Shown one piece after another: positions 32,519 through 54,439 of a stretch of DNA of 64,000 bases. The first letter of the stretch is position 1; each line of letters begins with the position of its first letter. The notes beneath the pieces are model-generated. The model was not told where the DNA came from. It did not search any database and was given only the letters and a program-made list of their open reading frames with translations. The DNA lies in the NCBI RefSeq assembly GCF_009914755.1, contig NC_060931.1; one strand, 5' to 3'. A program made the translations under genes and the position numbers. Source of the DNA: the human T2T-CHM13v2.0 reference genome, Homo sapiens.

Positions 32519-35220
<2,702 letters not shown>

Positions 35221-35856
35221 TAGACAGAGGACAGAATGGGAGAACACGCTTGCAATATCCAAAGCTGACAAGGGACTAGTGCCTAGAAAATTCAAGGAAC
35301 TCATGCAAATCAAGAGGAAAAAGACAGAAAGTGGAAAAAGGGATAAGATGTAGATAGGCAATTCATAGAAGAAGACACCCCAAAGAGCACCAAACAAGAA
35401 GAGAAGCTTAGCTTCATCCGAAATCAGAGAAGCGCAGATGAAAACCATGTTCCTTTGCATCCGTTCATGGCTGGGTCCCTGCCAGAGCAGCCTGGACCAA
35501 GTACTGGAGCTGGACTCAGGACAGCCCATGGATGAGGCTGCCAGCAACAGAGGAGTTGTCTTGTCTAGCTCAGAAAGATTTTTTTATTGGGAATCTGTTT
35601 GGCAAATTGAAAATTAGATTAGTGAGTTAGAAGGGAAGAAAGATAAGAGGGAGAGCCAGAGCAAGAGGGCCCGGGAGGGTGCAGGGCGGGGTGGGGGGCG
35701 CTGGGCGTGGGCACACGCTGGAGCATCCAGTGGGGGCTGTGGGAGGTGAAAGCCAGGGCCCCAGAGAGGAGACTCAAGAGATGCTGGGAGAGCGGCCACC
35801 AGTCCTGGGCCACTTCAGTGTTTCTCAGCTCTGCTCTTGGATTTTTAATATAATTT

Positions 35857-36374
35857 TGTTACTGGGGGAGGGTGTCCAGGTTCTTGGCATTTTGAACAAA
35901 GAATTGGACAAAACATACAAACAAAGCAAGGAAAGAATGAAGCAACAAAACCAGAGACTTATTGAAAAGGAAAGTACACACCACAGGGTGGGAGTGGGTC
36001 CAAGCAGTGGTTCAAGGGCCCTGGATAGAGAATCTACTCAGGTCTAAATACCCCGTAGAGCTTTCCCATGGGCCACACTTCATGCTCACCCCATGTAAAT
36101 GAAGAGGTGGCCCACAACCAATCAGAGGCTGAAATGAAGCTACAAAGTTACTCTCTTCTTCAAACATCTGATTGGTTGCAGAAAGCAACCAATCAGAAGT
36201 ACTTGCAATTTCCCATCTCCGGGGCACAGAAAAGGTGGGGGTTTGCAACGGGAGTAGCCTCTGGTCCTTTTGTTACTTAGGCATGGAAAGAGGGTTTTCC
36301 TTTCAGTCTAGTTCCAGGAAGTCAGCGTGAAACGGCCTAGGTTCCCTGCCTCCAGACCCTATTCTCCTGCCTCA
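35857..36374 (-). mobile_element. MER51A-type ERV1 solo LTR
   Basis: tgttac...ggttccctgcctccagaccctattctcctgcctca; 4-bp TSD ATTT; multiple CCAAT boxes. Confidence 0.88.
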
Positions 36375-36679
36375 ATTTTGCTGGCTATCTTCAGGAACCC
36401 TCCTACCTCCCCACCCCATGCAGATACACCCCTTTATTTGAATTAGCTTAGTGGATACCTTTTCCTTGCACCCCAAAAGAGACAAGAATCAAAGGGCCAA
36501 GGATCCCAGAACACAGGACTGGGGCTGAAGCAGTGTGGAGGGAGGAACTTGCAGTTATTGGAGCAAGGCCCCCAAATACTGAATAAAAATCATTCAAAGA
36601 CTTTTACAGCTAGGCAGTCAGTGATGTTTTAGGACTTATAATATCTAAAATATCTTACCTCCTGTTCCATAGGGAGGGC

Positions 36680-37370
<691 letters not shown>

Positions 37371-37561
37371 ATCCCCATTTCTTGGAAAAATTCTGGAGTA
37401 GATGCTGCACTGAAACAAATGAGTAAACTTAAAAGGTAGAAGCCAAGATACAGGGAATAGACCACACACACACACACGCATGCACACACACACACGTGCA
37501 AAAGGAAGTACGACACAGGAGAAAGGCAGGGGGATGATGGAGAAGGGAGATTTTGTAGTGA

Positions 37562-38019
<458 letters not shown>

Positions 38020-39286
38020 TATTCTTAACCTGTTTTGTTTGTTTAACTCAAGGTGTGACTTTCCCGGAGGCAATCAGTCTGTCAAAGGGATTGGTTGGGC
38101 CTGGGAAGACAGTCAGTGTTGTTCTGAGATAGTCTTGCTGGCAATGTAGTTAATTTTTAAGATTTGATAATTCGATAATTAGGAATATCTGAGTTACTGA
38201 CCAGGGGAAGTCAATTACTGATCATGGTCCCCAGTGACTCTTCCAGCTTGGATTTTGTGTTATTTTAAGGGAAAGCTACAGAAGATTCAAGAAAAAATGA
38301 CATTGTGATTATTTTAGAAAAATGTCCGTGGAGAATGGAGATTCATCTCAGCTTCCATGGAGATTGCATCAAAGCAGACAAAAGCAACACAATGGTCAAA
38401 GATATAGAAGACCTCTTGGGTTCATTGGAATTCTATTTGGCCACATCCCACCAGACCAGCTCCCAGTAGCTGAGATCCTGTTTGCTTTAAATACATTTCA
38501 TTTTGAGAACAATCCCCAAGAATGTACATATCACTTTCCTCCACTTTCTTCATTTGTCTGATTTCTCACAATGTTGCCTGAAAAGATGACTATTTGGCTC
38601 ATGAACTAAGCTATCAACATCAAAAGTTTCCAAATGGACTGCTTCTCATCACATGATTCACATTTTGAATAACTAACCTGGGGCCCTAGGGTTTTTCTAA
38701 CTTTCAAATTTAGAGTATCTTCGTTCAGCAGATGTTCTTTCCATCCCATAACCAGAGTTTGCTAGTTTTTTACTAATTGCAGACAAAACTGATCATTCAC
38801 TCGAGGCCACTGATTAACATCTACCGCAAAAAAAAAAAAAAAGAATTTTGTATGAATTGTATGAATTATCTAGGGAAACTGACCTCTTTTGATCAAATCC
38901 ATCCATGGGAATTGAACCAAAGAATTTGCCTTGAAAAAACATCTCTTGCCCTTTTGAAGACGTAGGCAGCTGTAGAAGAGGACTGTGGACTCTCTTCCTG
39001 TGTCCTAGCCTAACACAGGGCTCGGCACACCGTGCCATTAGCTAGTGCAACCGGGTATCACACAGAATGTACTTAAAGATGAAAACAGCATCTTCCCCCT
39101 TCCGCAAAAGATTCACATTTTGCTTTTTCTGGTTTGGAATAGAAACAATCAGCATGTGGTCTATCGAATAAGATGATCCTCCCTGGATATTAGCCAAGGG
39201 AAGTCCTCTGCCTGACACTTATTATAGATTCCCCCTCCTCCCCAGCCCCACAGCCCCAGCCCCGGGCCCACGCTTTGAGATGGTAA

Positions 39287-39611
<325 letters not shown>

Positions 39612-40169
39612 GGTAAGCCCTTAATTTCTAATGAAAGCCTCTGAAATTACAACCCAGTTGGTGAGTTTCCTGAGATAACAGCCCACCTCCATGGAGAAAG
39701 TTTACTACATGGTTATTGGGGAAAACATTGCTTGTACTCTGAGATGATCAGATCCCACATGATGGATGGCTGGGTACCCAGAGTGGACGGGAACTGGATT
39801 CTTCTGAAGGGGTTTTAAGACAAAAAAGAACATGGGTTGGGAAGGTTGACGACTAAGATACAGAGGAACTTGGAGGTCAGAAGGGTGTGTTGGGAACATA
39901 AGAAGGTCTGCAGGCCTTTCCCACTACAGCAGAATCAGACAGAATGCACTGGAATTTTTGCATAGATGAGCCCATAGTGGTTGGAGGGAGTCAGGAAGTA
40001 AGTCCACTTTAGTAACTTTTAATTCCCTTTTTTCCCTCCTCCCCACTTTGGTTTTTCTTTTTTTCCCTATAGATAGTCACATTTGACATTGTTTACCAAT
40101 TCTGTTGTCTTGCTCTAAGCATCATAATTATGTGAGAATGTATCTAGCAAGTGCCTGTTAGCACCTGTC

Positions 40170-40803
<634 letters not shown>

Positions 40804-41258
40804 TGCCTGCTTTCCTTCAGCGTGCATCCCCTTTTCTGCTTCTCTGCCCTTTCTTCTAAGTGTTGCTTTTCTTCCTCAGGAGACACAAGACCAGAGACGG
40901 CTTTCCTGGCTCACATTTTGAAGTTTGATCTGTTTCCTTTTCCTTCTCAACCTGAGAATAAAGCTCATGGGTGCTTTGTTTCTCTCCGTAATTGTTACGT
41001 TAGAATTGGCTAGGATGGAACTCGCCTACTAATTGGAGAGAAAATGTACAGTGTCCTCTTCCTAATCCTCTTTTAGCTACGAGGAAATTTCCAGGCTTTG
41101 TGGTCACTACCGCAGAACTGACCTCCATGGTTTACTTCTACCTACTCTCTGCCACCTTCCCTGCCCTCCATAACTTTTATCTTTCTCTTCCCAACTTCCT
41201 CCCTTAAGCTCCTGCCAGCTACCTGCTTTGTGTCATGACTTTATGCTATGCCTTTTTT

Positions 41259-41605
41259 TATTTTTATTTTTTTACGTTTATATTTTATTTTATTTATTAT
41301 TATTATTATACTTTAAGTTTTAGGGTACATGTGCACAACATACAGGTTTGTTACATATGTATACATGTGCCATGTTGGTGTGCTGCACCCATTAACTCGT
41401 CATTTACATTAGGTATATCTCCTAATGCTATCCCTCCCCCTTCCCCCCACCCCACAACAGGTAGGGACATGGATGAAGCTGGAAACCATCATTATCAGCA
41501 AACTATCGCAAGGACAAAAAACCAAACACCGCATGTTCTCACTCATAGGTGGGAATTGAACAATGAGAACACTTGGACACAGGAAGGGGAACATCACACT
41601 CCGGG
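41259..41605 (-). mobile_element. Short 5'-inverted L1PA (L1PA4-like) 3' end
   Basis: Antisense 3'UTR and tail to 41460, sense segment 41461-41605; 14-bp TSD gctatgcctttttt (41245-41258 / 41606-41619). Confidence 0.93.
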
Positions 41606-42450
41606 GCTATGCCTTTTTTAAACATTATCCTTTCCCCTTATGAATTGATTCTGGCAACTACATCCCCTGACATTGGTCCAGTGTTCTTTCCTTGACACCA
41701 GGCTGTAGCAGCTCAAGTCTGTACCATGTAATTCAACACTTTTAATCTTGTATCTTCCCCTAATTCCTTCACGTGGTTATTCTAGCTTCCCAGTAACCCT
41801 TAAGCAATACCTGGGCAGCATCCACATCTCATACGTCCTTTATATCACAGAAAAATACTGAATATCTAGCTTGTTCTCAGTGTTAAATTGTTTATTTCAC
41901 TTGACGCCATTCACTTATTTTTCATCTTTATCCTTTTCTTTCATGTCTCTTGTATTTGGGGTAGGCTGAACCCCTTTTCAAGAATATCCGAAATATAATG
42001 AAGCAAGAAGATAAGACTCTATTTCTTGCTCACTTGGATATTCCATGTTGCTCCACGTGGTCATTCAGGAACCAGGCTGATGGTGGCTCTGCCATCTTGA
42101 ACACGTGGTTTCCAATGTTGTGTTGATTGTCATCACCCCAGGAAGAACATAGAGGGAACCTCTGGGGAGGCTTTTGGGTCAGGCCTGGCAGTGGTGCAGG
42201 TCACTTTTGCTCACCTGCTATGGAAGAGATGGTAGTCATGGTCACCACCAGCTGAAACAGGGGGAGCATATACCCAGCTTGGAGGAGAGAAGAGGAGAAT
42301 CGAGTAGGAGGAACAGCCAGCGTTCTCTTCCACAACCCTGGTCCTCCCCATCCCATCATGTTGTTCCTTGTATTCTACTAAAGTATTATTCTTGAATGCA
42401 GCTCTGTTGAGCAGCTGCATGTGAGAAGACATGTTTCTGCAACAGAGATG

Positions 42451-42829
42451 TGCATCGGGCAGCTCAGGCTGCCATAATAAAGACCTCAGACTGGGGCTTA
42501 AACAGCAGAAACTTATCCTCTCACAGCTCTGGAGGCCGCAGCTCCAAGTTCAAGGCCTCCGCGGGTTCAGCTTCTTCTGATGCCTGTCTCCATGGCTTGT
42601 AGACGCCATCTTCTCCCTGTGTCCTCACAGGGTCGTCCCTCTGTGTGTGTCTGTGTCCTGATCTCTTCTTCTAAGGACACCAGTCATGTTGGGTCAGGGC
42701 CCACTCATTTGGTCTCATTTTAATTGTCTCTTTCAAGACCCTGTTTCCAAACACAGTCACATTCTGAGGTACTGGGAGTTAGGACTTCAACATATGAGTT
42801 CTGTGGGGGAAACGGTTCAGCCCATAACA
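42451..42829 (-). mobile_element. MLT1A/MLT1A0 solo LTR
   Basis: gctcaggctgccataataaa..cacattctgaggtactggg..ttcagcccataaca; 5-bp TSD AGATG. Confidence 0.88.
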
Positions 42830-42911
42830 AGATGATACCTAGAAGAATGAAATGCAACCAGTATCGGCAGGAAAAACGCTATGGGCTTCTCCTCTCTCCC
42901 TTCTCTCTCTC

Positions 42912-43419
42912 TGTGAGTGTGTGTGTGACTGTGTGTGAGAGTGAATGTGTGTAAGTGTGTGAGTGTATGTGTGTGTGAGTGTGTATGTGTGTGATTGCAA
43001 GTGTGTGAGTGTGTGTGAGTGTATGTGTATTGTATGCATGTATGTGTGTATATGTGTATGAGGGTGGGTGTGTGTGAATGTGTGTATGTGTATGTGAATA
43101 TGTGTGTATGTGTATGCGTGTAATGTGTGTATGTATGTGTGTGTGAATGTGTGAGTATGAGTTTGTATGTGTATGTGTGTGTGAATGTATGTGTGTATAT
43201 GTGTATGAGTGTGTGTGAATGAGTGTACGAGTATATGTGTATGTGAATGTGTGTATGTGTATGTGTGTGTACGAGTGTGTGTCCAAATGTGTGTGTATGT
43301 ATGTGTATGTGTGTATGAGTGTGTGAGCGAATGTGTGTGTATGTATGTGTGTATGAGTGTGTGTGAATGTGTATGTGTGTATGTGTGTATATGTATGAGT
43401 GTGTGTGAGTGTGTGTGTG
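42912..43419. repeat. ~500-bp degenerate (TG/TGTA/TGAG)n simple repeat
   Basis: Seen directly. Confidence 0.97.
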
Positions 43420-44479
43420 GAATCTCCTACAGTACTTTTACTTGCTAACTATCTTGATAGTATCCTCAAAGTTCTCTTTATGATAATTATCTGAAAGGCC
43501 CGCTGAAATTGGCTCTGTAGGGAATGCTGAGAGAAGGCCACACAGCTAATTCACCCTGGCCATTCCTCAAAAGGGGTGGCCACCTGTCCTGCTCCCGTGC
43601 AAGGAAAGGGGCAACCCGGTACCGTGGGTTCTTTGGCACCCTTTCTCTGCAGGTGTGGGAGTGGATGTCTGCAACTTCCAATCACACTGCTGTTTTCATG
43701 ATTCAGTTCAGGATTCCCGGCTCTGGGTCAGAATTTCAAAAAATACAATGATGAACACCACAGTCCCTTCCCTCCAAGAGCTCACAGGCTGATAGGGAGG
43801 ACAGACCATCAGTTGTTACTGGTTTTGCAGTTAACTGGCAGCACATTTAAATTATAACAGCTCCACATAATAGCAGGTACACAGTGTGACAGGCCTGTCC
43901 TAGGGTCTCCCTGAAAAGACAGTGGTTCAATTTTCTTACACAGCCCCCTCCAGATTGTTCACCAGCTCCTCTCTTGCAGGTTTTCTAAGAGTTACAGCAT
44001 GCCTGAAGACTTCTCTAAACTCTCCATCTGTACAAGCACCTGGGAAGTCAATACTATTATCCCTTCTTAGAGATCAGAAGCTCAGGCCCAGAAGGGGTTA
44101 CATTTGCTCACGTTATTAAGGCTGAATGAGATCATGTAGTTCCCCGGCTCTGCAGATGGCTTTTTAGCTGAGAAATTTTTCCTCATATGAAATCTTAAGT
44201 GGAAGCCCCATATGTAAAACAGATAAAGGCAGAGATGTTCCGGCTGAAAGAGGAGTACGACCCACCCCACTCCCAGGACCCAGAAGCACCCAGGCCAATC
44301 CCGAGGGACCCAAAGAGTATGTCTGAAAACATCCTCCTTTGACAAGTGAGGCAACCGAGGCCAGAAATGGAGCAGCACAGGAGTCCTGACTTGCCATCTG
44401 GTGTGATATCCACAGCACGAGAGACACGGCCACACAGTACATACAGTACATAGTGCCCAGCCCTTCCCCAAAAGAGCCT

Positions 44480-46770
<2,291 letters not shown>

Positions 46771-46972
46771 CTATAGCTAAAATTAAAAAGAGTGACAACG
46801 CCAAATGGGAGCACACGTGGCACTAGCACTTTAGTAGAAGGTCTGACCACTTCTTAAAAGACTAAACACTCCTGGGTGTTTACTCAAGAGAACCGAAAGC
46901 GTCAGTCCATAAAAACATGAACGAGAATTTCAGAATAGCTTTATTCGTAAAGGCTCCAAACTGGAAACAGTG

Positions 46973-47700
<728 letters not shown>

Positions 47701-48051
47701 CCAGGTATTCATGACCAAAATAATGAAAAAACAAATGGTATGGTATGATTTTAATGATAAAAATCTACTCACCAATAAAAAGTAAACTACTGATACATGA
47801 AACAATAAGTCTCAAAAATATTATGCTGAATGAAAGAAACCTTACACAAGGTTTCCTACCACTTATCATATCCTTTCAGTTACATGAAATTCTATAGCAG
47901 GCAAAACTAATATATGGTAAATAAAATCAGAATAGTGCTTGCTTCTGGGGCCAGATGGTAATGGGCACTGACAGCAGAGAAGGACCGTGTAGGAACTTTC
48001 TAGGTTCTGTAATTTTTAAAAGGGTTCAGTTACACAGGAGTATGGGCTTGT

Positions 48052-48182
48052 TAGCCTGAGAAACAGAACCAGTAAGAGAAACACATGAAGAAATGTATTG
48101 CCAGGAGTTGGCTGGTGCACAACGGTAGGGGCTGGCAAGGCAAGTCTGAAATCGGTAGGGCAAGCCCTAAGGAAGGGCTGTT
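48052..48182 (-). mobile_element. MLT2-like LTR fragment
   Basis: gagaaacagaaccagtaaga..ggagttggct..ggggctggcaag..tctgaaatc. Confidence 0.55.
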
Positions 48183-48576
48183 CATGACTCGTTTTCCTTT
48201 CCCTTGGGAAAAATCTTGGAAATAAAAATTCTATGGTGTAGCTGCTTTATAAAACAGTCTGGCAATTACTCAAAAAATTAAACCTGGAGTTACCACATGC
48301 AACTCTACTCCTATGTGTATACTCAAGAGAACTGAAAACTTATGTCCACACAGAAATGTGTACAGGAATATTCATAGCAGTACTATTTATAACACCCCCA
48401 AAGTGGAAACCAGCTAAATATTCACCAGTTGATGAATAGATAAATAAAATGGGGTATTTTCAAACAACAGCTCATTATTCAGGCATAAAAAGGAATGAAA
48501 TACTGACAAATGCCACAAAATGGATGAAAGGTGAATTGTACGAGATGTAATATCTCAATTAAAAAATAAAGTTCCA

Positions 48577-49190
<614 letters not shown>

Positions 49191-50002
49191 CAATTTGAAC
49201 TATTGTCCTTGAATACGGTATATGTGCACCTTTCTCAGAAAGAAAGATTTTACTTTATTACACCAAGCAAACTGTGTAATGGTTGCAAAACTCCCACAAT
49301 AAAATCTTTGTCCAAAAGTTGTGTTGACTCACTTTTTTTCCCTCGTGTTTTGAGGATACGACATACATACAGTGAAGTATATACACTTTCAGTGACCAGC
49401 CCAATGCACGTTTGTACAAGTAGGCTCCGTGAAGCCTTCACTCCCCCAGATCAAGAAGACCCAGAACATTCCAGCACTCCAAAAGGCTCTCTCTTGCTCC
49501 CTCTCAGTAACCAGCAATCCTGTTCTGGCTCCCAAACACAGCTACTTGTTACTGATAGATAGATAAACTGTTCTATCACTTTAGAGTAGCTTTGCCTTTT
49601 CTTGCTCCCTTCCACATGCTGTAGGAATTTGGGTTGTGACCTCAGCAAGCCCTCGTTCTGCAGAAACTTCACAGAAATAGAATCGCGCTCTCCCATGAGC
49701 TGCTTCGGTCTCACGCCATGTCTGCGAGATGCATCCATGTTGTATGCAGCTGCAGTCTGGTCTTTTTCACTGCTGGTTTGCATTGCATTATATGAATATG
49801 CCACAGTGGGTCCATTCTACTACAGATGGACATTTGGGTTTTTTCCAGTTTGAGGCTAATATGAATAAAAGCTTACTTTTATATTATTAATGGGCAAGAA
49901 GGACCTTCCCATCGAGCCTGCAGAAAGGAGACTCATGAGTTTGGCTTGGACGTCATTAATGCCCGTCCGTCTGCCCCAGGAGGTCATTATAGCCCATTAT
50001 GT

Positions 50003-50552
50003 TGTTACCGAGCAAAAGAGGTCACTGACCCGTGCGCTAGAAGCCAATAAATACTAAGACACTGGGTTTCAGAGAAAAGAAAAGCTTTTCATTGCAAATT
50101 GACCAACACGGAGACAGGAGTCCAGCTCAAATCTGTCTCGCTGTGCTGCCTTTAAGGAAATAATTTTATTAGAAAAGGGTTAGAGGGTGGGTTCCGGGAT
50201 TAGCAGGAGATCGGTGGAAGGAAAGAGGAGGTCTGGCAAGTCCTCAGACATGCGCAGTTATCTCTTCATGCTTCCTCATGGGTGCTGTGTGCAAATCAAA
50301 TTCCGGGGCAGTTAATACGAAACATGCGTGGAAATTCAGGCTGTGATATCAGCAAGCTCTTTCTGCAGAAACTCCAGTTGGCCATATTGGGTCCAACTGA
50401 TTTCTGCCAGTTTTGTTATCACTTGTCACAGTTTCAGTATCTACCCCAGGAGGTCACGATTGCCCATTGTGTCTGTCCCAGGAGAGGTTGCGAGAGGTTC
50501 CCACCCACCCCCTTCCACTCACAGACCCTGAAGCAGAGCTTGTCTGGTTTCA
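50003..50552 (-). mobile_element. ERV1 MER4-group solo LTR (LTR29/MER49-like; subfamily uncertain)
   Basis: tgttaccgagcaaaag..gcgctagaagccaata..ggagacaggagtccagctcaaatctgtctc..ggtttca. Confidence 0.65.
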
Positions 50553-50785
50553 GGCAAAACAGAGTCAGCATCCTGAAGCGGGGAGGGTCAAGTCTCCTGG
50601 GATGCGTTCAGAAGAAATTTCACAAGCATTTGGCTGAACTTGTGTACTGACATCTAAATGTTGAGTAACGTAGAGTAAAGAATTAAAAGGCAATCAAATA
50701 ACCCTTTGGCTCATCTTTAAGTTTCTTCATGTTTTCTGAAAGCTTGTTCTTTTTCTTAAGTTTATTTCAAAAATGCTAAAAATTA

Positions 50786-51148
<363 letters not shown>

Positions 51149-51149
51149 T

Positions 51150-51345
51150 TAGGCCTTGCCTAGAGAAGAGAGTCACCCTGGATTCTAGCCTCACCTAATA
51201 TGAGGCTTTCCCTATTTTCTCAGCTGAGGGGTAAGGACCCTTAGGACCTTGGAACTCCTGGATTCCACCTGCTGGTTGGAGCTTACAGGCAGGGGCCCCT
51301 GTGGGGCTGTGACGCCCTGTGTGATGTCATCAGGCTTTGTGAGGG
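51150..51345 (+). promoter_or_regulatory. Putative GALNTL5 proximal promoter with CRE-like elements (TGACGC 51310-51315, TGATGTCA 51322-51329)
   Basis: Motifs seen directly; TATA-less and CpG-poor, as typical of CREM-tau-driven spermatid promoters (inference). Confidence 0.5.
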
Positions 51346-51553
51346 GGACTGTACTGCCCTTTGAGTACTACTGTGTGGCCCCGCAACCCAGCACAACCAG
51401 GTATCTGCTTGGAACCCAGCCACCATAAAGCCTGCTAGCTAAAAAAAATTTTACATCTCTCAGTTCATTCGGCACAGACCCCTGCCTCATTCAGCTGTGA
51501 CTCTGCTTGGAAAATTCATCAGTTACAAAGCAGCCAATGCAATTATCTCAAGG
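51340..51553 (+). other. GALNTL5: Probable non-coding exon 1 (5'UTR) of GALNTL5; 5' end approximate
   Basis: Unique non-repeat sequence ending in donor AGG|GTAGGT (51553/4); joins exon 2 as ...TCTCAAGG|GAAATTG..., matching my recollection of the mRNA; CRE-like motifs immediately upstream. Confidence 0.65.
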
Positions 51554-51969
51554 GTAGGTGAAGTGAGCCCCATGTGCTAGAAGTGGGAACAAAGATGGGG
51601 GGAAACGTCTTTCACTTTGAATCAGCGGAAGCAGTACATCAAATCACTGCGTCTTGAAGGAGGTGCTAGCTCTGGGGATTAGGTTTAAGAAGATTTATTT
51701 TATTTTTTAAAGAAGGAGTAGCCTCCTAGCTGGTTACACCACCCTAAACGTGGACTGGGCATTGTAATGGCTTTAGTTCATGAAAAATAGGGAAACTTTT
51801 CATTACATGTGTCTTTATGCTGGTAATGTTTATACAGTGACTGTATTACTTATTTGAAAAAAATAGGGAAATAAAGGCCCTTAGCAGTGTCATAAAGTCC
51901 TAGATCTTATATGGAGATCAGTATTAAGATGGTCCTAGGAAAGCTAGGGGTTAAAAATGCTGATTATAA

Positions 51970-52112
51970 ACTGGGCACGGCAGCTGGCATCTGTAATTCC
52001 AGCTCCTGGGAGGCTAAGGTGGCAGGACCATGTGAGTCCAGGAGTTCAAGATCAGCTTGGATGAAAGAGTGAGACTCTGTCTCGAGAAAAAAAAAAAAAA
52101 AAAGGAAAAAAA
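51970..52112 (+). mobile_element. FLAM monomer
   Basis: Left-arm-only Alu with tail; TSD tg(c/t)tgattat. Confidence 0.85.
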
Positions 52113-52205
52113 GTGTTGATTATTGACAGAAGAATTAGTTGTGATATTATCTAAAGCATGGTCATGTTTTCCTGATTCAATAGACTCGTATTTTTTTAAA
52201 AACTT

Positions 52206-52530
<325 letters not shown>

Positions 52531-53057
52531 TCAATGACTGTAAATGCAGATTTAGGCTAGGGTTTTGGCGTGTTGGTGGGGGCATGTTGGTGACTATTAG
52601 CTGCATTCTTTTCTCTACAGGATTCTTTTGATCATCTGCTAAGTCTCTTTAATGCACTTAAAATTTTATTTGCTGTACATATGAATCCTCGTTGAAATAT
52701 ATTTTACAAATTCTGTGCTTTTCTAGCATTGAATTCTGCATCTTTTAGTGAAGAAAATAACTGAACATGGTTTTCTTCTGAAGACACAAAGTCCAAAGGC
52801 CAATCACACACCTCTTACATCGATCTCTTGATAGGAGGGGTTTTCTGTGTTTTGTGGGAGTATAGGGGGTGGGTTGGGAGGTGAGGTGCTTGTCACAGAG
52901 AAAACATAATATAAGAACTCATATTAGTAAAATAAGAAAATTAAGGAGGTTGGGGATATGTTCATAAGTGTTCACGTCTAAAGAGAATTCCCCCCAAGTT
53001 TTCCTGATGTATTAGAATCTTTCTAGAGAATAATTTATTTTTCAGTAATAATCCTAT

Positions 53058-54118
53058 TGAGACAGGATTCTTTCAATGTCACTTTGCCAGCTGGACATTT
53101 CCCGGCTGGCAGCACCCGTCCTTGGGCCTCACTTGGCTCTAGGCTCACCTCTGGGCTTGCTCTCCCCACTGGACGCAGCAGGCTGCACTCGGCTGGCACT
53201 ACCGACCTAGATTCTGCACACACACACCACTCTGTGCTTAGCCCATGGCTGGTCTGAGTGTGCCACAACCATCTTCCACCTTGGGCACCAGCATCTGGAT
53301 GAGGGGGAACATGGTGGTGCCTGAAAACTCAGAGATGCCAACCGCCACAGAGCCCCAAGGGGTGTTACAGCTCTCACCTGGGGAGTCCCAAGGTCTGAGC
53401 CCCCAAGGACTGTTACAGCTCTCTGTCTCCTTCCTGCCATCTGCAGCATAGTGAAACGGGGTTGGGGAGGGGGGTGTGTTATGGCTTGTTTGGTTGCGGC
53501 AAACAGTGCAAGGGGTGTGTTGCAGCTCATTTGTGCTACAGCTCATTCTGTCCCACCATCCTGCTCCAGCCCACTGGTGCTCCTAGGCTGGCCCAGCCCT
53601 ACCACCACTTCCCATTATGTGGGGTGGCCATCTGGCACTGGCAGAAGGTGGGAAGGTTACAGTGTTACAGCTCCTTTTGCACCCATCATTCGGTGGGTCC
53701 CAGGTCCTTGTCCTGCGTCCAAGAAGAATGAGGTTACACAGACACTGGAGAGTCAGCAAGGCAGAGAAGGGTTTTATTGAGCAACAGAACAGCTCTTGAC
53801 ACAAGAGGGGATCCAAAGTGGGTAGCCCTCTGTGTGAGAGGGGGCTCAAAGATGGATAGTCCCAACATGGGGCTGAGTCTGGGGTTTTCATGGGCTCAGA
53901 ATGGGGAAGTACATGCTGGAAAGAGCACCAGTCCTTCCAGGTGGGCCTGGAAATAACACCATTTGATTGGCTACAAGGCATTGAGGAAGTTCTCACTCCG
54001 GTCGTGGACTCTGGCAACTCAGTTTTCAGGCTTTAAGCTGTCTTTGGCTTGAAGGTTGGATTTCACTGGGGACCTGCCCCTCTCTGCCTAGGAATTTGTC
54101 TGTCTCCTGTTGCTATCA
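53058..54118 (-). mobile_element. LTR28/LTR27/LTR1-group ERV1 solo LTR in GALNTL5 intron 1
   Basis: TG...CA ends; 4-bp TSD CTAT; ggcttgaaggttggatttcactggggacctgcccct..cctgttgctatca; minus-strand AATAAA near 53773. Confidence 0.82.
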
Positions 54119-54439
54119 CTATCATATTAGTGCATGTGTTTATTTTGTATATTACATTTGGTTGTCTCCCCTTACCTTTTTTTTTTAACTAGTTTCTAAT
54201 TGCTTTTGGTTTTTGGAGAAAGTTGACATGGAAGTTAACTTTAGATAACTTTAAAATTTAGATATTTAATAGGGAGATATGGTGGTAATGTAAATTAAAA
54301 CAGCTTTATTCTCTTTTCAGGCGTCCTAATTCGCCATTTTCCCTAGTTAGAAGTTGCCTTCTTCTCTTTATATATTTGATACTTTTAATTGGCATAATCA
54401 AATATTTCATTTGTAAAGTGCTATTTATTCAATCAATGA

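Noticed and set aside
42839-43448. His/Thr- and Cys/Val-rich ORFs
   Set aside because: Products of the TG simple repeat
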